From: Paraphysomonas bandaiensis
Taxonomy: Eukaryota > Protista > Chrysophyceae
DNA length: 64,000 nt
Reading direction: 5' to 3'
Assembly (NCBI GenBank): GCA_965644295.1
Contig: CBFFRP010000333.1
Span: 1 to 64,000, forward strand
Below are positions 54,177 through 64,000 of this stretch, in pieces. How positions within the stretch are numbered: position 1 is the first letter of the stretch; each line of letters starts with the position of its first letter. The notes beneath the pieces are model-generated. The model was not told the origin of the DNA. It saw nothing but the letters and a program-made list of their open reading frames with translations, and made no database searches. The position numbers and the translations under genes are program-made.

Positions 54177-57100
54177 TTAAAGTGCAGCAGTACGATTTCG
54201 GTTTGCGTATATTGCGTTCTGAGTATTGAGCGTATCATCTTCAATGTGCTCATATATGGAACCCATTTTGATCAACGCAGTCGATCTACGAGCTAAGTCA
54301 GTAAGAGAAGACTGTTTCTTCAAAGCTTTGTGAGATTCCACATTCGAATTCGAGATTGATGTGTCACCTCCCTCAACATCAGTCGGCACCTGGTTAATCA
54401 TAATATGATCACTTTCTATAGGTGGGTTCGAATGCCCATTATAATCTCCCCCTTTCACTTTGGTAATGTACACGACATAAGCAGTAGCTGCTAACACAAG
54501 ACCTATTGCAGGAAGGAAATACGACAAGTATGTCAAAAAAATAGAGTTCTCATTCGAACCACCGGAACTTCTAGACTCTGGATCTTCAACGTTATTGAAA
54601 GTAGGTAGTTCAACAAGCTTGGGACAGGTAGAGTTGGGAGGTGGGGGTACGACCGTTGAAAAATCAATAGAATCGTGATAGACCCAACAACGCTCCGACG
54701 GTAGCCGATGTAAAGGATCAAAACAAAGGCACGCAGTTCCAGTGACGTCACAGGTTCCCATCCACGTGCAATAATAGTCAGTTTCGCCAGGAACACAGCA
54801 CTGCCCAGGATGCAGAGCTGGTCCGTGGTGGAATGTGGAGCAGTGATCAGAGGACCAATAATGTAGTGTATCGTCACACTCGCATCCTTGTCCCGTTGCA
54901 TCACATACGCCATTATTATTGCAGCTCTCCCGCTCTCCTGGGACGCAAAGTGTATTCGGTGGAGAGGATAGAGGGGACGGTGTTGTACCAGCAGCATGCC
55001 AGATTGCACACCTATCTGAAGACCAGCGATGGACGGGATCGAAACACTCACAACTCATTCCAGTCACAGAACATGTGCCCAACCAGTTACAATACGCGTC
55101 AACAGCACCCGGGTTACAATAAAGGCCTTCCTTGAGCTCTCTTCCTTTGTGATAGATAGCACAATTATCTGAGCTCCAGAAATGGATAATATCATCGCAC
55201 ACGCATGCGTTCCCTGCTGCATCACATCGTCCTCTGTTATTGCAAAAAACTCGGTCTCCAGGCGAGCATTTTTGTGAATATGTTGGCCGCATAGTAGGAT
55301 GCAATGTAGGAGTCTCCACTGAAGGAGGCAGTACCACAGTAGGTCCAGCTGTTGGCGACAAACCACTTGCCGGGCAGATCTCATACGGATCGGGTAAGCT
55401 ATAAGGTACTTCAGGGTGATACACACTACACCGCTCAGAGGGTGTACGGTGGCCATAGTCATGGCAAAGGCACATCGCGCCGGCTTCATTACATCTGCCC
55501 AGGTAGTCGCAATACGAATCCACTCCCCCAGGTGAGCAGCATTGAGAATTACTTAGCTCAGGCCCCGCATGTGGATAAGCACAAAATTCAGAGGGCCAAT
55601 AGTGCTTTGAGTCATCGCATACGCACTCATTTCCAGAGGGTGCACAGTATCCATTATTATTACACACACCGCGGCTCCCGGGTTCGCACGGAAAATCACC
55701 AGGTATGTCCGTATTTGGGGTCCAGGACAAGCACCGGTCATCAGTACTTCTGTGATCTGGGTCGTCACATAAACACTCCATGCCACTGGAATCGCACGTA
55801 CCCAACCAACTGCAATAAACATCCCGACTATTAGGAAAGCAGAACAGATCCACACCAATATCTGGTCCAATGTGCGGTATCGAGCACTGGTCGCTTGACC
55901 AATAGTGGGTCGTATCAAAGCACACACAAGCGTCACCAGACGCACTGCAGTATCCATTGAAATTGCACACATCCACACTACCAGGCATACACGTAAATCG
56001 AACGGGAGTTGGAAGTCCAGTGGGAACATTGCTAGGAAACATCGTATACGGTGACGGAGCAAATGAAGTTGTCGGTAACTGCGTGGGTAGTAGCGACGGA
56101 CACCACGTTGGGAAATCAGTGGGAGAGAGAGTTGGAGAAGGGCTTGGGACATCAGTAGGAGAAACGGTAGGCTTAATGGATGGGCGGAAAGTTGGAGACC
56201 AAGTTGGAACGGGAGTACTGCAACTGTGGGCAATATTATTTTCATTCTCAGTTATGAGGTAGTTGCGTATAAATGTGCCAACACACGTGGTCGAGTTCCA
56301 CTGCTGGTTGGCACATGACGTCGGGGTGAGCATAGATGCCAATTCATCCTTGTCCGTATACTGCCATACTGTCCAACTAACAGTTGTATTCGAGCTTAAA
56401 CCTACATATATGAAGTCATAAGTCCTACCCAAACAATAGTTATCCCCGTTTGCATATATAAAACTATATAAACGACTAGCATAATACGCTAATATAGCAA
56501 CTGATCTGGGCGATACTACAATAGAACACTGCAATAATATATATACATCACAAAAACCAAATAGAGTTTGTCATTCATATCCTAACCTGCAAATAGATCC
56601 AAAAAGCGCTTCGCCTCAGGTATGTTATAACTCTCCTCAGTCGTGTAGTCACTGACACCCCACTCCGTAACGAATATTGGTATCTGATCGATATACTGTT
56701 CGACTCTACCATACAACGACGCGTGGGATGCCGCATAAAAGTGAAATGTGTACATGACATTATATGGATTGTCCACAGGAGTAGATGCGGCTTTATTGAT
56801 CTCCTGGCTCCAAAATGGAGTACCGACAATGATAATCGTCTCAGTGTCAATTTTGCGGATTTCTTGAATCATTGCATTATGGTATTTTAATATTTGATCC
56901 CACGGAGTTTGGTTCGGCTCATTCGCAATTTCATACATTAAATGACTCTTGTCCTTATTTGAGCTAACAACATTCCTCCAGAAGTCCATTGCAAGGCCTG
57001 ATGTCGCACCAGGGAAGTCTAAGAAGTCGTTTGGGTCTTTGGTTGGATTGTGAACATGCCAGTCAATGATTAGGTATATGCCGAGTTCCTCTGTCCAGTT

Positions 57101-57493
57101 TATCAAGTCATTTAATTTAGCATCAAAATAATCAGGCTGAGCGATATATCCATCTTCAGCCTCGATGATATAGACAGCTGCGCGGAGTACATTTATTCCC
57201 CATTTTTCCACTAGATGAGATATAGAGGCCCTCGTAACACACTCCTCATACCACTGCAGGCCGTGTGTGCTCACGCCGCGTAACTGAACCGGTTGTCCGG
57301 CCGTATTAACAAGCTGTGTGCCGTGTAGTCGAAGTCTTCCGTGTCTATGGGCATATCCAGAGCAGTTATACGAGGATATAACAGGCGATACCTCACATTC
57401 CTCTGCATATGTATATATATATGATGAGCACACTGCAGATATCCATAGACCCCACACATACAATACAAACACATAACTATACTTGAGAATCAT
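54177..57493 (-). CDS. Type I membrane protein: signal peptide, GH5 (subfamily 2-like) domain, PT linker, 8 EGF-like Cys modules, TM, cytosolic tail (intron 56402-56586)
   Basis: GH5 motifs QLRGVSTHGLQW, IIDWH, YEIANEP, YTFHFYA, IFVTEWG. A phase-1 GT-AG intron joins RFLDLFA-G-LSSNTTVSWTVWQYTDKDE and supplies the last GH5 strand. TM IFLTYLSYFLPAIGLVLAATAYVVYI. Confidence 0.85.
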
Positions 57494-57643
57494 GTGACTA
57501 CGACTATAGACTAGACATGTCTTCAATGAATCAAGTAAATGGACAACAACATCCGAGCAACTCCATAAACATGCAGAGCATCCAGTGCGACCTGTGAGCT
57601 AATCATACCCCCCTATATGTACGCCTACACTGTGTAGTATGCT

Positions 57644-57990
57644 GGGGGTGGTAAATGTCGATTTTATGGATTTGTTCATTGTTTATTTCATTGAAAAGTC
57701 ATCTTTTTTCATTAAAAAGTCACTTTTTTCACTTTTCACTAAAATCGAGATGCAAAACCACCTATTCAAATTTTTGGGGGGGTTTCTTAGATATTTCGTA
57801 CACATTCTGTACAAGTGTTTCAGCGTATTTACGAAGTGTTTAGGGTCACCCCATACAAGGCCAAAACTCGAGAAATGCAAACTCGACTTTTGCAAACTCG
57901 AGATTTACTCGGCAACTTCGATCGAAAAGAAAATGAAGTTACCGACTTTTTTATCGACTTTGGCCCAAGTCGATCATCTACATTCGACCG
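57644..57990. mobile_element. Possible MITE or TE end with repeated tcga/actcga motifs
   Basis: Abrupt start ggggtggtaaatgtcgat; clustered aaaagtca and actcga repeats; only a degenerate inverted match near 57975-57989. Confidence 0.3.
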
Positions 57991-58972
57991 AATGGTGCAT
58001 GTATACAACAATGTAGCATATTATTGTGATTTGATTCAGTGTCGGGCACATTGTATTCGCAGAAGATGGCTGAAAGTGGCGTTGTGGAAGCGAATATGTT
58101 GTCGTAGATATCGAATAACTGGTCTTACTCAGCCAGAGATATAAGAGCTTTAAGCGAGCTCAGACGACTTTAGTTTGGGAACAAGTTTACTGTTGCGTGC
58201 GAGAGTGCCTTTGTCGCACGAGTCATTCTGTGTGTTTTGCACACAGGAAATGAGTGTGTAGATACAGAATATATACAGCCATATCTGCAGAAGAGTGCGT
58301 CATCACCAGCTCACATAGCTCGTTTGTGGTGCTTTATGCATGCTCTCTCCTGAGCAATATTTCCAACTGACTTTGATTTCGCAGACTGAGCAGGCAGATC
58401 CGTCAGATGTTCAAATCTTAGTCTCCACTTGACAAGTGTGTAGTTTCATATGGTAGGTTACTAGTCATCACCGTTTGGTCCGAGTAGTTGTCTATAATAC
58501 TCGATTAACTAAGTTAATATCATGAGTTAACGCTAAGTGTATAATATTTCGTATTGTTCCGCAATTCAGTTCCTAAATGTAATAGTGTGGATGGAGAGGA
58601 CCCTCTTTACACCAAAAAGAGAATCAGTTTAATTGAGCGTACATTAAAACCTCTGTAACAATATATTTTATATTTTGGCAATACTATTGTATTCGTAAGT
58701 TCCAGGCCCATAATACTATTGCTATATGTGTCTACGAGTAGTATGCTACGTTCTTCAAAGTTGCAATTGCTCATGGAATATACGTCATACTATTCAAGTA
58801 GTTTAAATATACAATTTGAATGGTCATGATTAGGCGACATCACTTATATTGCAACACTACGGTGACAACACGCACTCATTGTAGACACCAGACCAGACAT
58901 ATTAACATAACATACTTACTCATTCATACGCTTGCGTTTAAATACTTCCTATTTCCTTTCATACATTTTCTT

Positions 58973-60512
58973 CTACTTTACCTCTTGTTCTAAACTCATG
59001 CCCTTTCTTATTCCCCATTCAATAATTCCTTTCTCTATGCCACCTATTAACGAGTCTATCTCGTGCAGACCTATAACCAACGGTGGCTTGATTTTAATAA
59101 CATTTGCATCACGGCTAGCAATAATCTGGTTTTCCTGCAAGAAGTCTACCACAAATTTAGCCATTTCTGGGCACTCTTCAGGAAATGATTGACCGCATTG
59201 GACGCTCTGTTGATCGACAGATAAATGTTTCACAAACTCTATCCCTTGAAAAAGTCCACATCCTCTGACGTCTCCTACAAAAAACGGGTACTTAGCCTTC
59301 AAATTTAGGAGTTTGTCTTTAAGATAAACGCCGACCCGGTTGGCGTGATCTTGTAAACCTTCAGTAAGAATGGTGTCCAGAACAGCCTCTGCAATGGCAC
59401 ATGCAACTGAATTTCCTCCAAAAGTGTTAAAATACTCAATGCCTGTAACACAATTATATTGTGTAAGTATATTGCTACAAAAGCAGGACATATAACACCT
59501 GTTTTCGCGAAAGATTCTGCCACATCTCGACGGCAGACTACTGCAGAGATAGGATACCCATTTCCCATAGGCTTACCGAGAGTTACAATGTCAGGAACGA
59601 CACCATGCATTTCAAACATCCAAAAATGCGTTCCAGAGCGCGAGAAACCTGTCTGAACCTCGTCTGCTATGCACACACCCCCTGTATCTCGTACCGCACG
59701 ATAGCATCGTTGTAAATAGGAAGGTGGTAGAAGCATCTGGCCGCCACACCCCATGGCACTCTCTGCGATAAAGACGCCCACTCCACCCGTTCTAGAAACA
59801 ATGCTTTCCACCTCTGCGCTATATTGGGCACCACTCTCCTCTGTATATCCCATTGACCTCCACCTCATACTGGACGCAGAGGGGTCACACCGAGCGGAAT
59901 TAGAGTGGTCGAGAAGAGGAGACGATGAAGTTGCGGGCATGGATACAACATGTACATGTGGTTTCTTATAGTTTCGCCCGTCCGTTGCTTGGGACCACTT
60001 GTATGGAGATATCTCTATTGTCGCCGCTGTATTACCGTGGTAGGCATTGTTCAGCACAATAACATCATTAGGGTTGCATGCTGTTGTGTGTTCTCTAGCC
60101 ATTCGAAGTGCCAAGTCATTAGCCTCAGAACCAGAATTTACCAAGTAAACAGTATTCAGCTCAGGTGGAAAAGTTTTCAACAGTTTTGCAAGGTATCTCT
60201 GTTGCCCTGGATGCAGGAATCGTTGATTAGTTTGGATCTGTGATAGAGCTTCCTGTCCTGCTTTAACCACATTAGGATGACTATGTCCCACACATGCAAC
60301 ATTATTGCAAGTATCGAGGTGCCGGTTTCCGCTGTCATCAATAAGGTAGCATCCTTCTCCTCTCACAGCAACTAGTCCACCACGATCTTTGTAAAACACA
60401 GAGATATTCGGGCCCAACTTTATTATAGGTTAAATTATAACGATTATGCAGTTGTATTGATGCAAATTCTCACCTGCGTGTCTCTAACAGCTATGATATC
60501 TCGCCCGTCCAT
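58973..60512 (-). CDS. Class III PLP aminotransferase, ETNPPL/PHYKPL (AGXT2L)-like (3 exons)
   Basis: [49 protein letters not shown] (PLP Lys), YFNTFGGN; ATG 60512. Confidence 0.9.
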
Positions 60513-60744
60513 TATGAGAGGGTTGACATGAGTATATATATATATATATGCCGCTGTGATCATGTTATGGATGCATGAGATCCATTCTATCTGATCCAAC
60601 TACATACAGCAGTATACAGCCGTATACACCCGAGACAATGGGAGACACTGTACAACAGTATTATAGTTCTACACCTCTGTATAATAGCCGTTGCTGCAAC
60701 TCTTAACTTCACTGTCGTAACCGCCATATGGATAGCATACACAC

Positions 60745-60830
60745 ACATACATACATACATACATACATACATACATACATACATACATACATACATACAT
60801 ACATACAGACATACATACATACACATACAT
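60745..60830. repeat. (CATA)n microsatellite in a divergent intergenic region
   Basis: Direct reading. Confidence 0.95.
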
Positions 60831-61066
60831 ATAAGTGACCTACGTGACTTCGACTTCGCTCTGTGAAGTTGCTTAATTACATCAGAACGAAGCTGATCTA
60901 TGCATATGCATATGTATGTATAGGTGTATATAAGGGCTCATCTACTAGCACTTAAATACTATTGGAGTAAGCTATCGATAATCAGTCACTGATGACCTGT
61001 CATTGATGAGAAGCTCTAGCGTTACCTTCACTAACATTTCAAGATAGTTTCTGTTCCTATCGAGTC

Positions 61067-63507
61067 ATGAGTTGGGCATCTCGCGGCACAGTTGCGTCAA
61101 AGAAGAAGCGCATTGCAACAATAGAGAAACGCACTTTTGACACAGAGATGCCTCCTCTAGAGGTGCTCTTCTCTACATTCGTGAAAGAAGGGAATGCCAA
61201 GATCACGAAAGATCTTGTGGACAAAGTCTACTTCTCCTCATTCCCGTCCAAAGACGCCTCTAGTGCTCTATCAGCTCTATCGATGAATGTTAAAAATATA
61301 GATGGTATGAGGAAATCCGGATCACTTGGTGTGGTGGTTGAGATGCTAAGAAGAATTGATTTCAGTACTGAGTTGGACGAAAATCATATCGCCGACTTGG
61401 TAAGATCTGTAAGCATATTAACTGAAGATGAAATTGCTCAAAATCGATTGCTATCGAATTCGCATGCATGTGAGAGTATATTGAAGTTGTGCGTGCATAC
61501 ACATGGAGCAGTTCAAGAGAAAATTTTCCATGTCCTCGACCGGCTTTGTCGCCAAGAATATGGATTTCAAACTTTTCTCAAGCATAATGTTTTCGGAGTG
61601 CTGCTTACTCCAGAAATGCTCTACTGTAGGATGGCGAGGCAATCTGTACGAAATGGTGCTGCGCAGCTTATTAATAGACTTGCCGCGGTTGCACCAGATA
61701 AGTTTCCGGTGGAGCTCATGGAGAATATACTTATAGTCAACGGAGCACGTATGGTGGATGGATATATAGAAATGCAACTTCTAAATGCACTACTATCTCA
61801 TTTAACGTGGCTGTCAAATGAGAAGCATGTGCTTTACGGCTGTTCATCGCTACTTATACATATGGTCGATGAAATTAAGGATGAAAAGTTTGAAGACCTT
61901 GAACACGTATGTTGGTTTTGCTTGTTGTATGTTAAAGCTAAACTTTTTGTAGTTATTACAGCTGCTAAAATGCCTGATGATAATTTCCAGAGATCTCACT
62001 CAAGGAAATTTTCTTCTTCATCACGATCTAAATATAGCTCTTCAGTACGTGGTGCGCACTGATTTTGAGCTTTGGCGTAAGAGCCTCGATACGTACAAGC
62101 GCCGGCCTCAGTCCTCGCATGGTGGCAGTAGTGGAGGAGGGAGTAGTGGTAGTATTGGAGGACGTCCGCAGACATCCGGAATGCAAAGTACTTTGAGTGC
62201 AATACGGGGTATTCGACAAACTCGAACTCGCAAAACAGAAGATATTAATTATAAAACCACCCGGTTGGTGGTGCTCATATATGAGAACGTTTTAAAGTTG
62301 GGTGTTCATGTAATTGGCGGGATAGTGTCATCTGGTCTCATTTCGGGACTTTTATTCCGCGTTGGGAAAGGAAAAAATATTGACAAGCGGTTTCACAAAC
62401 TCGTGATTCATTTCTTGTTTCAGATTCTTGTAAAAGTAGCACTAGACCAACCTGTTCATAACCGACCTATGTCAGTGATCGGCATCGCTCCAAGACAATC
62501 AGAGTACACTCGTGGAGGTTCTCGTCGTTCAGTAGCGAGCGCTCGTATTGCAGCTATGGGATCTAATCTAGCTAGTAAGACTGAGGCAGTGACAGTTCGC
62601 ACAGTGAGTAACAAGCTTCATGCCCAGGGAGTTACAGATTTGTTAATATTTTGTCTCGAGGGCGACGATTATGAAGTTGTCGCTGATGCAATGACGAGCC
62701 TTGCCTCTATGCACTTCCCTGTTATTAAGAACAAGGTAATCAACGAATATATTTTAGGAAAAATTTGCGGATACTCTTTGACAAGAAGGGATTGCTTCTT
62801 TTCTGGACTTGCGCTTGTTTGTGAGGTAAGGTAGCTCTTGCGGGAATCAATACTCAATATACAGTTATCACACTCGCTGGATATGTAATCACTTCACGCA
62901 CAATATGGCACCATATGAGCAAGCTATATTTTCACTCTTATCAATATACCTTTGGGTAATGTTTTTTGTCAGGCTATCATGTCACCGCCAGCAGATCATT
63001 TTCCAGGGATGATAAATGTGCTTGTGGATGAATTTAACATAATAAATGTCTTGATTCGCTCCATGAAGTTGTCAGGTTGGATATTCAATATGAAGGTGGG
63101 TACAGGTTTTACAGTGCTGATTGAATATACGTACGGTTTTACTGAGACTGAGTGATGTATTCTGATTATAGGCTAACGTGTATGAAGCACTCGCTGTCTT
63201 ATCTTCTCACCCGAAATTTCACAACCGTGTTAGCAAAGCTAGAGGAATTAATGTGATTGTGTATGAAATTGATGTACGACGTAAGCAAAGATCCAGTCGA
63301 CGAAAAGCCAACTATGATGCCGATGAAGATCCCTATACGGATGCATTGTTTGCGGTGCTGAAATCAGAATGGGCGGCAACTAAAATACAGGCCCATTACC
63401 GACGTCACAGAATTCGTGGTAAAGAACATACACTTCGAAGATTATCACTCTCGTTTGATGTTATGAATCCACGTGTGATGGGAACTTACAATAAGGATGA
63501 AATATGA
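61067..63507 (+). CDS. Multi-exon ARM-like helical protein with a C-terminal IQ motif
   Basis: Chained ORFs with GT/AG sites; AATKIQAHYRRHRIR resembles an IQ calmodulin-binding motif. Confidence 0.65.
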
Positions 63508-64000
63508 CAGTATAAGTAGTTTATATTTTCTGTCTTGCCGTCGTACTTTTTGTAAAATGAAATCTCCCATCACGTGATACTTTTGTTGCACTTGTAGTAT
63601 AATAGCTTAAAATATGCTCTGCATATGCATAGTAACATGATCTTTCTATTTTGTTTTGTTTCTTATACTTTTCTCTCTCTCGTTACCAATGTTGTAGTTA
63701 CCTCACGTGCATGACTTTCAAAGTATATTCATTCAATCAGCAGTCGATTAGTCTTTACACCCACGTTTGTCTACGATTTGTCATTGTTGTAGCAAGTGTG
63801 CAACGCTGCCTAGCAAAATATCGATATATTCAGGTGCTCCTGATATCAGCTGTTAGCTGATGCCTCGTGGACTAACCCTAATGGCGGTGTCATTTTTAAA
63901 CCCACTAATTTTCCATTTGAAGATGTTCCTACTAAACTAGAAATAGCTGTTGAGCCGTATATAAGTTTAATAGAATCGATTAAAAAGTTAACTTAGTAGG

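Overview
Gene-dense eukaryotic window with short GT-AG introns and the standard code. The ubiquitin sequence (…[15 protein letters not shown]…) and gene content suggest a stramenopile, probably chrysophyte-like (inference). Housekeeping genes: 9-unit polyubiquitin, UAP56/SUB2, BMS1, an ERD2-like receptor, a mitochondrial carrier, a SMYD-type SET protein, an ETNPPL/PHYKPL-like aminotransferase and a Ttd14-like P-loop protein. Intergenic DNA carries many transposon remnants: an intron-containing Tc1/mariner element with a long DD~109E spacer and a 2-nt frameshift, hAT derivatives and a MITE with 8-bp TSDs, solo LTRs with 5-bp TSDs, and a dispersed ~0.5-0.6 kb repeat with a conserved hairpin core. 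Most interesting candidates: (1) a spliced gene joining a GH5 cellulase-like domain to Pro/Thr linkers, four pairs of EGF-like Cys modules, a TM helix and a Tyr-bearing tail; (2) an intronless cytochrome b5 + COG2907-like flavoprotein fusion with an apparent bipartite mitochondrial presequence; (3) a soluble PAS-PAS hybrid histidine kinase; (4) a recurrent 5'-intergenic motif TACAGCAGTA that is amplified into a 24-bp minisatellite. Everything was read by eye; no searches were run.
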